IMG/VR virus record: IMGVR_UViG_3300019886_000004
Coordinates: 83,917-147,916 of that record
Length of the DNA stretch: 64,000 bases
Origin: a virus
Direction: 5' to 3' (one strand)
Under the pieces are notes generated by a model. That model was not told where the DNA came from. It did not search any database and saw nothing but the letters and a program-made list of their open reading frames with translations. Positions within the stretch are counted from its first letter, which is position 1. Each line of letters begins with the position of its first letter. Of the stretch, positions 9,758 to 19,987 are shown in pieces. Position numbers and translations under genes: made by a program.

Positions 9758-12220
9758 TTATTGTAGTATCTTACTGATATACATTATACTTCCTGCTAAA
9801 GATACATTTAATTTATTAAATCTTTCAGTCCTTAAATTTGTCTCAGTCTTATCCATTCTGCCTTTGATTTCTTTAACTGATTCAAGTAACTCTTCTAATT
9901 CGGATAGAAAAGATGACTCATAATATTCAGCATCTAATACTTCTGCTTCTGGTTCTACTACAATCTCTTTGGAATTTTCTCTTACACATTCATTTTCACT
10001 AATCTGTAAGTCACCACAATCTCTCATAAAATTATGCCATTCTCTATATGTAGAATGTGCTTTTGCAGAAAGATCTTTTGGATCAGACTCAAGTGCATAT
10101 AATAGTTCACTTTTACTTATTCTTTCTACAGTATTTAAAGATAGTAAAACCGCCTCATAGAAATCATATAATTCTTTATCTGAATTATTAACAACCCATG
10201 AAGTTTTTAAGTCATCTAATATCTCTTCTTTAGCCTCATGAATGTCATTTGCAAAATTAGGACTCTTATAAAGAATATTACAACACTTTATACTATTTAT
10301 TATATCATCTTCTGTAAATATATTCTGATTCTGTTCATGTATTTGTATCTTTTCCTTAGTAGTTAAATCAGTACTTATGTGCATATTGTGATTTGTCATA
10401 TTGGATATGTCTTCATCTTTTACTTTTGTTTTAATCAATGAGGTTATTTTCTCCATATCCTTTAGGAACTGCTTACCACTAAACATACTTACTTCAGCTT
10501 CTTTTCTTAGATCTTTAAGCATTACTTTACTTACAACAAGGTAATTTAAACCTATTCTCATAATTAATTCAAAGAAATATTTCTTTAATGAATCACTAGT
10601 ATTCACTCTCCATAAATCTCTTCTAGTAATCGTATAATAGTAATTAGGATTGTCAGATTCTTCAGTCTTAAACTTATCTATTAACCAAGCTCTTGTTGTA
10701 ACTTCAGATTCAATAGAAGTTAAATCATCATTATCAGCATCCACAGAGACTTCTTTCTTTCTAAATCCTATATTATCACATATTACTTTTTTAGTGATTT
10801 TTGTCCATTTACATCTAAATATTAATTTAAATTCTTCATCAGATAAAAACGGGGAAAAGCTAAGAGTATCTCCTCTTTTCTTAAGAGAAGAAGTATAATG
10901 ATTATCTAATATCCAACCTTCTTCTTCATCTATAAGAGTTAATACCGGATAACTAAAAAACTCTACAAATTCAGATACACGAATAGATTTAAACTTATCA
11001 AGACTAAATTTATCATGTTGGTCTTTAACTCTTTCAAAAACAGTATCATATGCTTTCTCAGATAAACATTTATAGCCACAAATAAAGAACATTGGTTCCA
11101 TGTTAAGTTTTACTGCTTCCAGTTCACTTTTCATTTTACCAATATCAGTTATAAAGTTTTTACCTTCCAAAGGATGACCATTTCTGTAATACCTTTCATT
11201 TATAGTGTACACTTTATTACCTCTATTGTCATGGTTTTTACTTTCATTTGGTCTATTCTTTATAAGTATAACTTCATCTTTTTTGGATGTCATTTCTATA
11301 AATGACTCTCCTCCTTGATTCTGCCATGTTTCATAGTCTGTATTGTAGTGTTTTCCTTTTTTATAACCTATTCTATTTCCTATCGGGTATGTCACTATAG
11401 GTTTAAGAGGTTTTCTATCAACTATCTTATCATAAGTAATTTTACCTTCTACTATCTTGTATAAAAAGTTAGGTTTGAAATATTTAAGTTCATTTTGTGC
11501 TGCTCCTATTGCAAGTAATGGTTCTTCCATTGATGATATATACATTTGATCCGGAGCAATATTCCAAAGATATAATGGACGATCTGGATCTTTATATATC
11601 ATCAATGTATTTTTTTCCAGTGGATGAAAGAATGCTAACGTTGCCCATCCATCATAAAGCTCCAGCGCTTCACGATAATTCTCTTCACCCAGTTTAACCA
11701 TAGCTTTAGCCAACATTTGAGTGTCAGAATTGGTATTAGTTTTAAATTCTATATCCCATCTGTTAGCTAATAGTTCTGTATTAGATAAGGTTCCATTCAT
11801 TGCAAGAATTAAGTCATAGTCTTCTTTTTCTGTGTCATTTTCATAAATACCAAAAGGATGAGCTAATTCTTTTGAATATCTTAACCCAGAACTTGCCTTT
11901 CTAGCATGTGCAACAATGGTGAAATTATCATCTTCTGGAGTTATAATTAAAGGATTTTTTTGTATAAATTTCATTACTTTTTCTGTATCCTTAATTATTT
12001 TATTGTTTACTGCCCATCCAGTACTATCTTCACCTCTTTCTTGATTATACATCATAATCATCTTTATCTTGTCTGGGTCAGCAGGTTTCGAACCTGAATA
12101 AGCCGTGATTCCGCAGCTTAATATACTTCGATCTATATTTAATCCAAATTTCTTTGAAATCAAAGAAAATAAGGAGTTTAAAATCCATATTAAAACCATT
12201 ACTAACATTAAGATTTCCAT
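9758..12220 (-). CDS. Class II (Ntn) glutamine amidotransferase with a hydrophobic N-terminal leader and a long C-terminal extension
   Basis: CGI at residue 36, RGEDSTG, AHARKAS, AHPF, MNGTLSN, DTQ, RPLY. Confidence 0.8.
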   Translation of the reverse strand: MEILMLVMVLIWILNSLFSLISKKFGLNIDRSILSCGITAYSGSKPADPDKIKMIMMYNQERGEDSTGWAVNNKIIKDTEKVMKFIQKNPLIITPEDDNFTIVAHARKASSGLRYSKELAHPFGIYENDTEKEDYDLILAMNGTLSNTELLANRWDIEFKTNTNSDTQMLAKAMVKLGEENYREALELYDGWATLAFFHPLEKNTLMIYKDPDRPLYLWNIAPDQMYISSMEEPLLAIGAAQNELKYFKPNFLYKIVEGKITYDKIVDRKPLKPIVTYPIGNRIGYKKGKHYNTDYETWQNQGGESFIEMTSKKDEVILIKNRPNESKNHDNRGNKVYTINERYYRNGHPLEGKNFITDIGKMKSELEAVKLNMEPMFFICGYKCLSEKAYDTVFERVKDQHDKFSLDKFKSIRVSEFVEFFSYPVLTLIDEEEGWILDNHYTSSLKKRGDTLSFSPFLSDEEFKLIFRCKWTKITKKVICDNIGFRKKEVSVDADNDDLTSIESEVTTRAWLIDKFKTEESDNPNYYYTITRRDLWRVNTSDSLKKYFFELIMRIGLNYLVVSKVMLKDLRKEAEVSMFSGKQFLKDMEKITSLIKTKVKDEDISNMTNHNMHISTDLTTKEKIQIHEQNQNIFTEDDIINSIKCCNILYKSPNFANDIHEAKEEILDDLKTSWVVNNSDKELYDFYEAVLLSLNTVERISKSELLYALESDPKDLSAKAHSTYREWHNFMRDCGDLQISENECVRENSKEIVVEPEAEVLDAEYYESSFLSELEELLESVKEIKGRMDKTETNLRTERFNKLNVSLAGSIMYISKILQ

Positions 12221-12240
12221 ATCTTTTCTAGTTTTTTTTA

Positions 12241-12963
12241 TTAAATTGTCTCTGCTAATTGAGCTGTTTCCTGTTTTTTATAATCTTTATAATTACATAT
12301 ACCAGAATAGTTATGTATATTACTTTGATTAGTATAATCTAAATACTTCTGCCTATAATCTAATATTCCATTCTCTATATCTTTTACTATTTCAGCTGAC
12401 TTTTTTAAATACATTTGATCATGTGGAGAAATGAACTTTTCAGGTTTATCAAAATATTTAACAATACTTTCATCACCTTCATATTTAAATCCTAATCGTA
12501 GAAACATGAAAAATGCACTTATAAGATATGGAATCTCTGTCCATTTTCTATCAAATGTCAAGATAATGTGAAATTTTTCTTCGCATAACTCAGCAATTGA
12601 TAAGTTAAAATTATTTTTTCTTTCTATTTTATTTAGTAAAGATAAAATAGAGTCAACTTGTTGTTGAGTAATGGTTTCCTTCACATGGGTTATCCTTTGT
12701 GATAATAGAATAGCAAGTGTGACATTATCCCTATCTAAAATACCTTTATCTTCGCCAACATGCCAACTAAAACCATACTGACTAATAACATTATTTCCGG
12801 TATATTTAACCCAAAATACGTCACTAAAATAATCTTTACATTTACAAAACGGAGTCATTGTTTCTCCACTTTCCTTGTTAATTAAGGCAAATTTTACTTC
12901 AGTTTGACCATGACCACTCTCAATTAAATGAAATTTTGCACTAACATTATCTATTATTTTCAT
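12241..12963 (-). CDS. Hypothetical accessory protein of the ligase cluster
   Basis: PFCKCKDYFSD motif; lies between the ATP-grasp and GATase genes. Confidence 0.55.
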   Translation of the reverse strand: MKIIDNVSAKFHLIESGHGQTEVKFALINKESGETMTPFCKCKDYFSDVFWVKYTGNNVISQYGFSWHVGEDKGILDRDNVTLAILLSQRITHVKETITQQQVDSILSLLNKIERKNNFNLSIAELCEEKFHIILTFDRKWTEIPYLISAFFMFLRLGFKYEGDESIVKYFDKPEKFISPHDQMYLKKSAEIVKDIENGILDYRQKYLDYTNQSNIHNYSGICNYKDYKKQETAQLAETI

Positions 12964-13850
12964 AAAGAATATTTACGCTGTATAATTTTGGGTAACTCTT
13001 CAGTATATTTTTTTAAAGTTCCTTCACCAAAAGATGGGGCAGAACAAGACTCTATTAATATATATCTCGCCTTCTTATCTTTACTTTCTTTAACGGAGGT
13101 ACATTTAATATCAAATCCTAAAACATCAGCACCTAGAGCTTTTACTGCCTTCTTACAATCCTCTACCATCTCATTCCAATTCTCTGGTTTATTAAATTTT
13201 GGATTGGTTTCTACAAACCAGCTACAATTATCATCATGTCTTTGAAAACGATCTTCCTTTGGAGTATTTTCCTTAAGCATTTTTCTGCAAGTGTAGAAAT
13301 ACCCTTCCTCTGTTACATGAATTCTATACTCAACAGAATAATTTTTGTATTCTTCAACAATATAATTTTCCAAAGATTTTGTCTTTTCTTTTAAAAATAC
13401 ATCTAGTTGTTCTTTAGTCTTTACTAGAGTATTTCCAACTCCTCTACTTCCCCATCTATTTTTAATAATAAGCCAAGAATCTTTATCCTTGATAAAATCT
13501 AAATTTGCTAGGAATTTATCCCATGATATTTTATCAGTAGTTGCTTTAGCTAAGTGAATCCAAGGTGCATGTTTAACTTCAGATCTATCAAACGCTTCTT
13601 TCATTAGTTTTTTATCAGCACTATTCTTTATAGATTCTACACTATTAATTTCAAACTCAAAATCACTATTAGTTGTAGATCCATGTCTATAAACTGCTTT
13701 CACACCTTTTATTAGTATGGAATTTCTTAATGGTGATATACTTGGATGTCTTGAAAGAATCCTTAAATAAAAATGTGTAGGTTTCTTAATAGACTTAATT
13801 TCTTTCTTTGCAGTTTTTGCTAACTTTTTTTCTTTAATAGTGTTGTTCAT
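12960..13850 (-). CDS. ATP-grasp (RimK-like) ligase
   Basis: SADKKLMK, GSRGVG, EYRIHV, GFDI, ILIESCSAPS. Confidence 0.85.
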   Translation of the reverse strand: MNNTIKEKKLAKTAKKEIKSIKKPTHFYLRILSRHPSISPLRNSILIKGVKAVYRHGSTTNSDFEFEINSVESIKNSADKKLMKEAFDRSEVKHAPWIHLAKATTDKISWDKFLANLDFIKDKDSWLIIKNRWGSRGVGNTLVKTKEQLDVFLKEKTKSLENYIVEEYKNYSVEYRIHVTEEGYFYTCRKMLKENTPKEDRFQRHDDNCSWFVETNPKFNKPENWNEMVEDCKKAVKALGADVLGFDIKCTSVKESKDKKARYILIESCSAPSFGEGTLKKYTEELPKIIQRKYSL

Positions 13851-14256
13851 TTTCTACTTTTTTTGTTTTTTCAATATTATTAAGTAATGATACCCAATCT
13901 CCTGATTCAACTAAATGACTTTCATTCACCTTTCCAGCATATGGAAATATTTTGTAATAATGTTCATCTATTTTTATATCATCTTCATAAAAATTAGAAG
14001 ATATTTCCATTCTATACACACAATCAAACACCTCTTGGTTTATCTCAAATAGATCCACTACTATACTTTTACTTCTATCTGAATCTTTTATACCTGGATA
14101 TTGACCAAGTATATACATTTCATATCCAAAAAGTTTTATCGTCTTTTTATAGTGCATTGAATCCTTACCAAAAGATTGACACATTCTTATATAATTATAC
14201 ATAGGTCTTCTTAGGGATCCATAGAATGCACATTTGATCATTTTATTGTCCATCAT
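13834..14256 (-). CDS. Gamma-glutamylcyclotransferase (AIG2-like)
   Basis: FYGSLR, GQYPG, C-terminal SGDW. Confidence 0.8.
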   Translation of the reverse strand: MMDNKMIKCAFYGSLRRPMYNYIRMCQSFGKDSMHYKKTIKLFGYEMYILGQYPGIKDSDRSKSIVVDLFEINQEVFDCVYRMEISSNFYEDDIKIDEHYYKIFPYAGKVNESHLVESGDWVSLLNNIEKTKKVENEQHY

Positions 14257-14593
14257 AAATTTCTTTTATTTCTCCACTTTCTGTATATTTATATATATTA
14301 GAAAGTATTTTATAAGTATGTGGAAATACCGTTTCTCTGGTACCATCATTCCATATCATGTAAAGCTTGTCTTTTTCATTTGGATTTACAAACATATATT
14401 TACATAATATTTCTTTTTTTTCTTTTTTGGTGTACCACACGTGGTATATGTAATCCTGAAAAGCCTGCATCATTTCAGCATTAAGTTCTTCAGAAGTCAT
14501 ATTCTGCACATCATCTATTATGTCTAGATTTTCTATGTACTCACCATAACCATCAAATACACATAGAAGTACTTTCTGTTTTTCACATATCAT
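14243..14593 (-). CDS. Hypothetical protein
   Basis: 116 aa ORF overlapping both neighbours. Confidence 0.5.
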   Translation of the reverse strand: MICEKQKVLLCVFDGYGEYIENLDIIDDVQNMTSEELNAEMMQAFQDYIYHVWYTKKEKKEILCKYMFVNPNEKDKLYMIWNDGTRETVFPHTYKILSNIYKYTESGEIKEIYDGQ

Positions 14594-15576
14594 TTCTCAT
14601 TTATTTTCTTATTTATCAGCTCACTATATAGCAATCTTAGCTTCTCCAGTGGAAAAGCCTTGTTGTTATCAGCTTGATCTTTTTTATATTTCTGATGAAC
14701 ATAGGGTATACCATACACTTTCTCATATCTTCTCATAGCTTTTAATCCAGCTTCATCATTATCTAACATACTTAATACAAACTCATATTTTGATTTTAAC
14801 CAGTCTATTCTATCTTTAGGTATTAAAGTATTCTCTGAAGATGGAGCGACATATTCGCAACTAAGTTTTATAACATCCATTGCACATATATCTTTTAGTC
14901 CAGAAATAATTAAACATATATTATATTTTTGTTTTAGTTGCTCAGAACCTATTAAATAACTTGTGTCTATGTTTATATACTTTATCTTTGGTAAATTTGG
15001 TTGATATAACTGGTAAATTCCTTTCTCATTACTAAAAAATCCATATATACGTCCTCTAAATTCAAATGATTCTTCTCCTTTTTTTATGTTATATTCTGGA
15101 ACTTTTCTTATCTGAAATTTATTTAACGTTGTTAAGTCTATCTTGGATGTATCCCAAAAATCTAAGTCTTCACTTTTAAAGTAGTCAGTTACTATAGTAT
15201 ATTCAGGTTTAGAGACACTGCGAAACACTACGTCTTCCTCGTAATCACAACCTGATGATAAAAAAGTTTCATAGTCTCTTATTATCATACCAATTGATTG
15301 ACCTTCTGTTTTATTATAATGAAAGGCTACAAACCTTATTATATTTCCTCCTTGTCCTTGAGAAAAATCCCTCCAAAAATACTTTTCATTTTTATAAAAA
15401 AAGCAAAGTGATGGATTGGAATCTCTATTAACCACAGATTTCATCTTTATTATCCGACCATCAAATGGTTGACTTATTTTGTTGCCAGTTAAGTTTTTGT
15501 AGTAATGTTTATAGACCCAGCTCTCAGGAACATCAGATATATCACCAATAATATCACTTACGTCATATGCTACCAT
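14590..15576 (-). CDS. dnaG: DNA primase (crAss-like, TOPRIM)
   Basis: RDSNPS..WRDFSQG, SGLKD, APSSE, LDNDEAG. Confidence 0.8.
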   Translation of the reverse strand: MVAYDVSDIIGDISDVPESWVYKHYYKNLTGNKISQPFDGRIIKMKSVVNRDSNPSLCFFYKNEKYFWRDFSQGQGGNIIRFVAFHYNKTEGQSIGMIIRDYETFLSSGCDYEEDVVFRSVSKPEYTIVTDYFKSEDLDFWDTSKIDLTTLNKFQIRKVPEYNIKKGEESFEFRGRIYGFFSNEKGIYQLYQPNLPKIKYINIDTSYLIGSEQLKQKYNICLIISGLKDICAMDVIKLSCEYVAPSSENTLIPKDRIDWLKSKYEFVLSMLDNDEAGLKAMRRYEKVYGIPYVHQKYKKDQADNNKAFPLEKLRLLYSELINKKINEK

Positions 15577-15590
15577 ATTTATTTAATTAA

Positions 15591-15613
15591 AAAGGCTCCA
15601 AATAGGAGCCTTT
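15591..15613 (-). terminator. Intrinsic terminator
   Basis: AAAGGCTCC/GGAGCCTTT stem followed by a U-tract on the minus strand. Confidence 0.7.
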
Positions 15614-15633
15614 AAGTTTTATTACTTCTTATT

Positions 15634-16377
15634 CTAGAACGGTAAATCTAAGAAATCTTCTTTCTGATCACCTAGTTTTTCTTCAATTGGATTATCCAAA
15701 TTCAGGGGAGTGTCATAAACAGAAGACTTATAATTAGAACTTTGATTATTCCACGATGGTGTGGTAGTTGTATCATACACAGTTCCAGCAGGCTTCGAAA
15801 TTATCTTCTTATAGTGGTATTGATTAGTTTTATCGAATACGATTATGGTGGAAGGAGTAGCATTTTCAGATTCTACAAATTTAAATCTAGGTAAAGATAA
15901 AGTAATACCAACCTTACCATCTGATTTTGGATATTCAGAAGCTACTATTGTATATCTAGCATACTTACCTTTTAGGATGGCTGCTATCTTAGATACCACT
16001 TCTTCGAAGCTTTCAGACTTAATTTCATTGATCTTACTTTCTAAACCAATTGCTGCTGCAATAGTCTTCATCTTTTGAAGAAATTCTCGTTTCAGTAGTT
16101 CACTATTCATGTAAACACCAACGCCAACTCTACCCACTTTACCTGTTGCTCCTTCAATTGGTTTGAAGTTCTCATCATTGATAGGTTTAGTTTCCATATG
16201 TAGAATGGCCTTCTTTGCACCAGTGTTCTGGCTCTCCTTTAATTCAATATCATTTATTTTTAGAATCTGACCACTACCATAACCAACATATGGAGATATA
16301 TTATCGGACTGTGGTTTTTCAGATCCTACTTCTGACAAATCATAATTATTCATAAATACGGGATTTAAATTATTCAT
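15634..16377 (-). CDS. Single-stranded DNA-binding protein-like
   Basis: Acidic DLPF C-terminal tail; follows the Sak4-like ATPase. Confidence 0.6.
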   Translation of the reverse strand: MNNLNPVFMNNYDLSEVGSEKPQSDNISPYVGYGSGQILKINDIELKESQNTGAKKAILHMETKPINDENFKPIEGATGKVGRVGVGVYMNSELLKREFLQKMKTIAAAIGLESKINEIKSESFEEVVSKIAAILKGKYARYTIVASEYPKSDGKVGITLSLPRFKFVESENATPSTIIVFDKTNQYHYKKIISKPAGTVYDTTTTPSWNNQSSNYKSSVYDTPLNLDNPIEEKLGDQKEDFLDLPF

Positions 16378-17050
16378 TATACGCTATAATTGTTCTTCTA
16401 ACCAGTTCCAAGTCATTTGGTATTTCTTTTTGTTCAAACATGCCTTTCGGAGTCTTGGCTGGTGTTTGACCATCTGTTTGAGTCTCAAAGATATACTTCA
16501 TACCCTCATCTGTTTTTTTAGCTCTTCCATATAAAACAACGGTAAAAAGGCTTTCAACAGTTATTTTATCATTTACTAATTTACCTACTGTTCTAGCCTT
16601 ATATATAGCATCTCCATCTATGTTTTCATGCTTTTCAGGATGAGTCAAATAAAAAACGGTTAGATTACCTCTTAGCTCTTTAGGAATAGTAGCTGTACTA
16701 AAAATACCATAGGCAATTGAATTAAACTTATCAAATGTCTTTTCACTCAATCTATTCATAAATTCAAATGTGCTAAAAAAACTCCAGTCGTCAACAACCA
16801 CAGTTTCTATTTGAGGCATTTCTTTATCTATCATTTTCAATATACCTACAACATCACTAGGATTAACTACTACTATATAGTTTCCTTTTCTTGTCTTTAG
16901 GTCAAAAGGAGGATACATTTTCTTCCATCCTCTAAAAGGTAGATCTTGTCCTTTCGGATTGATTATAAAAGTTGTCTTGGGATCTAAGGTTTCTATTGAA
17001 GTAGATTTACCTGAGCCAGTCTCAGCTTCTATTAATACTGCATTTGCCAT
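16370..17050 (-). CDS. AAA_24 / Sak4-like ATPase
   Basis: ETGSGKSTS, VVVDD, PAKTPKGMF, IPNDL. Confidence 0.85.
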   Translation of the reverse strand: MANAVLIEAETGSGKSTSIETLDPKTTFIINPKGQDLPFRGWKKMYPPFDLKTRKGNYIVVVNPSDVVGILKMIDKEMPQIETVVVDDWSFFSTFEFMNRLSEKTFDKFNSIAYGIFSTATIPKELRGNLTVFYLTHPEKHENIDGDAIYKARTVGKLVNDKITVESLFTVVLYGRAKKTDEGMKYIFETQTDGQTPAKTPKGMFEQKEIPNDLELVRRTIIAYNE

Positions 17051-17063
17051 TTATTATATTGGT

Positions 17064-17552
17064 TTACATTACTAAGGATGAATTCACCTCAGAAAAGCTA
17101 TCAGTAACAATATGTGACTTGTTCTTAAGTAGGTGAAATTCAGGACTTTCTAGGAAATTTTTATACAATCCATAATACCTTTTCATTTCATCTAATTGTA
17201 CAAATTTTCCAAACTTTTCTTTTCTTTTAATATTTCTTTTTACTGATTCAGCAAAGCTGACATCAAAGAGTCTAATTGTTGTTTTTTCAGCAAAAGCTAT
17301 CATATTACTTAAATCTTTGGATTCTAATGGAAAACCATCTACAACTGTATTACCTTCCATTAACATACCAAAAATGGCGCTCATGGATTTATCCTTTATT
17401 TTAGTGTCATAGTTTCCATTTCCCTTACACATAAGTAAAAATTCATCAAAGCAAAATCTCATTGCTTTTGGATTGTCTTCTAAGTATTTTAAGCTCCACG
17501 TACTTTTTCCGGAGCATATAGGACCAAGGCATATTATTAATTCATTTTTCAT
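17064..17552 (-). CDS. P-loop kinase (polynucleotide kinase-like)
   Basis: GPICSGKST, VVDG, KRNIKR. Confidence 0.7.
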   Translation of the reverse strand: MKNELIICLGPICSGKSTWSLKYLEDNPKAMRFCFDEFLLMCKGNGNYDTKIKDKSMSAIFGMLMEGNTVVDGFPLESKDLSNMIAFAEKTTIRLFDVSFAESVKRNIKRKEKFGKFVQLDEMKRYYGLYKNFLESPEFHLLKNKSHIVTDSFSEVNSSLVM

Positions 17553-17566
17553 AAAGTGGATTAAAA

Positions 17567-17927
17567 AAACAAGTCGGGCAAAATTACTACGATTTCACAT
17601 AACCCCATCTAGCACACGGACGTCCGCTAGTGAGCTTACCATTCTTATCTATCTGTTTTACCATATTTTTTTCACTAAAACGATTTAAACACTTGCTTAT
17701 TTGCGTTACAGTCAATCTAGTCTTGGATCTTACAGCCTTGAAACTATCATTGATTGCATTACAAATTTGTTCACTTGTTAGGTTTCTACGGCTGTTACGT
17801 TTAAGATATCCTATTACTAATTGATTCTGATTGATTATGCTACCTGTTACTTTATTATTCTTAATACTCATTTACTTGTTTTGTTTTTTGTTTTAAAATT
17901 AGAAATATGTCAATGTCCGACTTGTTT
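17567..17927. repeat. 14-bp inverted repeat pair flanking a small wHTH gene
   Basis: AAACAAGTCGGGCA (17567-17580) and TGTCCGACTTGTTT (17914-17927), 13/14 complementary. Confidence 0.7.
17587..17871 (-). CDS. Small winged-helix DNA-binding protein
   Basis: LTSEQI..ISKCLNRFSEKNMV..SGRPCARW wing pattern. Confidence 0.55.
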   Translation of the reverse strand: MSIKNNKVTGSIINQNQLVIGYLKRNSRRNLTSEQICNAINDSFKAVRSKTRLTVTQISKCLNRFSEKNMVKQIDKNGKLTSGRPCARWGYVKS

Positions 17928-17933
17928 ATGATT

Positions 17934-18998
17934 TTACCAATTTGGTTTTCTATTCTTTATCATCTCATAATGAGATGAATTTATTTGGTCTGATCTAGGT
18001 AATTCTTTGAAAAAATTTATTGCACCATCAAAGTATAATCCTACATTTAGATTGGATGAACCATATCTACCCTTGAATATATTTATACTCCTATAGGCAT
18101 CTCTCATTTCAAATACATTATATCCTCCATCAGTTTTAATATTATGTTTTTGTGGCTGAAATATACCAATTGCTGTATCACAATCGTTATATGTTAATTT
18201 GGACTCAGCTAATCCGTTTTTTGATGGTAGTAACTTATCACTTTTAAAATGATCTAGATTTTCAGATTCGCTATTCATCTGTTGAATGGGTACAGGTGTG
18301 TAACCATATCTATTTCTAGCTAGTACAAAATACCTGGAAAGTTCCTCTATTGTTTGTTTTGTGTTCGCACCATTTTCTCCAGTCAATAAGCTATAATGAT
18401 CTAAAATTATAAGAACATATTGTTTTGGATTATTGGCTACGTATTTATCAAACAATAATTCACCATCTATACCTTTTTTATACAGAATTTTTCCGTTCTC
18501 TCTTGCAAATGATTCTATATCTCTTATTATTCTCTTAGGACTGATCATACCGTCATGCATCTTAACTGAATCTTCCAATCCTTCAAAATACTCTCTAGTC
18601 TCTTGAACAGCCATATAAAGATTATCATTAAGTCTATTTTTACCTACCGACTTTAATATTCTAACACCTGATCTAATACCATAATTTGTGAATAACCTCC
18701 TTGCCATCCATTGATGCATTTTAGTTATTTTATCCATTTCAAGAGAATAATATAGGATTTTTACCTTTAAATCAGTATCCTCTTCTTTAATAAAATCATA
18801 TGGAGTAAAAACAAAGAAATCATCAGTAAATTGAGACTTACCTGCACCAGATGCACCTGATATTAGATAATACTGTTTTTGTTCAATACCTGGTAGGTAT
18901 TCTGAAAACCTTGGTAGTTTTTTATCATAAGGTATACAATTAAATTGATTATTTCTATTCTGATCTATTATATCCAGTGCTTCATCAAATATTGACAA
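17934..18998 (-). CDS. dnaB: DnaB-like replicative helicase
   Basis: GASGAGKS, YSLEM, ILDHYSL, IQQMN, KGRYG. Confidence 0.85.
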   Translation of the reverse strand: MSIFDEALDIIDQNRNNQFNCIPYDKKLPRFSEYLPGIEQKQYYLISGASGAGKSQFTDDFFVFTPYDFIKEEDTDLKVKILYYSLEMDKITKMHQWMARRLFTNYGIRSGVRILKSVGKNRLNDNLYMAVQETREYFEGLEDSVKMHDGMISPKRIIRDIESFARENGKILYKKGIDGELLFDKYVANNPKQYVLIILDHYSLLTGENGANTKQTIEELSRYFVLARNRYGYTPVPIQQMNSESENLDHFKSDKLLPSKNGLAESKLTYNDCDTAIGIFQPQKHNIKTDGGYNVFEMRDAYRSINIFKGRYGSSNLNVGLYFDGAINFFKELPRSDQINSSHYEMIKNRKPNW

Positions 18999-19020
18999 CT
19001 AGTTATGTTTTTACCCATAT

Positions 19021-19578
19021 TTATACATCAATTCTATAACTTTCCTCTTCTTGCACTCCTTCTAATATTTTGTCACACCATTCAGATAAGGTTGATGTTC
19101 TTACTTTAGTGTTTTCTTCTTTATATATAAAGTATGCTGAGGTCCTCATAAAGGCCCATGATCGATCTCTATAGTAAACTATGTAATTCTCTGTAGCTTT
19201 AAGTATAGTACTCCAGTCATAGTTATAATGTCCTAGAAACCACTTAAACCTTGACTTCAAATCTACAGAACTAGATCTTGCTGTTTTACCAGAAGGTAGT
19301 GTTACTAAAGGCCACATAGACCTATAAGTTTCAACATTTTTTCCAAATGTTTCATCTTCGAAATCATCAAAAATCTTACTTCTCTTTACTTTTTCAGTCG
19401 GATTGTTTCGAATATCTAGCCAGTCATTTATTACTAGATATTTTCTATATCTATCATAGTTCATTCTTTCTTGTAAAGGTCTGTCTTTCAATATTCTAGC
19501 TAACGCAAAATACTCATTTGGAGTTATTCCATGACTACAAATTTCTTCAAATAGCTCATTTATTTTATTTATTTTCAA
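19021..19578 (-). CDS. Replication-associated protein
   Basis: Directly upstream of the helicase; YRSMWP..LPSGK motif. Confidence 0.5.
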   Translation of the reverse strand: MKINKINELFEEICSHGITPNEYFALARILKDRPLQERMNYDRYRKYLVINDWLDIRNNPTEKVKRSKIFDDFEDETFGKNVETYRSMWPLVTLPSGKTARSSSVDLKSRFKWFLGHYNYDWSTILKATENYIVYYRDRSWAFMRTSAYFIYKEENTKVRTSTLSEWCDKILEGVQEEESYRIDV

Positions 19579-19628
19579 CCTTTTTTATTACAAAGCTACG
19601 AATAAAAAATGACATAACCAAATATTTT

Positions 19629-19985
19629 TTACTGATCCTCTGGCCACCTTCTTTCATCCTTCGGATTACTGTAAGAATCGTCATCTTGAAAAAACATGCG
19701 TCCTTTATTGTTTGCACATATAGTTTTACCTTTCGAGATAGAAAAGTCATCAATAGAATCTATTGCTTTCCATGGTGGTCTATGAAAATCTTGAGATTCC
19801 ATTTTCACAATTCTTGCTTCAGATTCTGGTTTTTTCATCGTAAAACAACAACTATCATACTTAGTGTCTAATAGTTCAAGTTCATTATCTTGTTTTATTA
19901 TTTCTGATTCTTCTGGTGGATGATCTCTATTAGCTAATGCTCTTTTTTGTGCATTAGTAAATCTTTTACCTTTTCCTCTAGACAT
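19629..19985 (-). CDS. Hypothetical protein
   Basis: 118 aa ORF with ATG start. Confidence 0.45.
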   Translation of the reverse strand: MSRGKGKRFTNAQKRALANRDHPPEESEIIKQDNELELLDTKYDSCCFTMKKPESEARIVKMESQDFHRPPWKAIDSIDDFSISKGKTICANNKGRMFFQDDDSYSNPKDERRWPEDQ

Positions 19986-19987
19986 AT

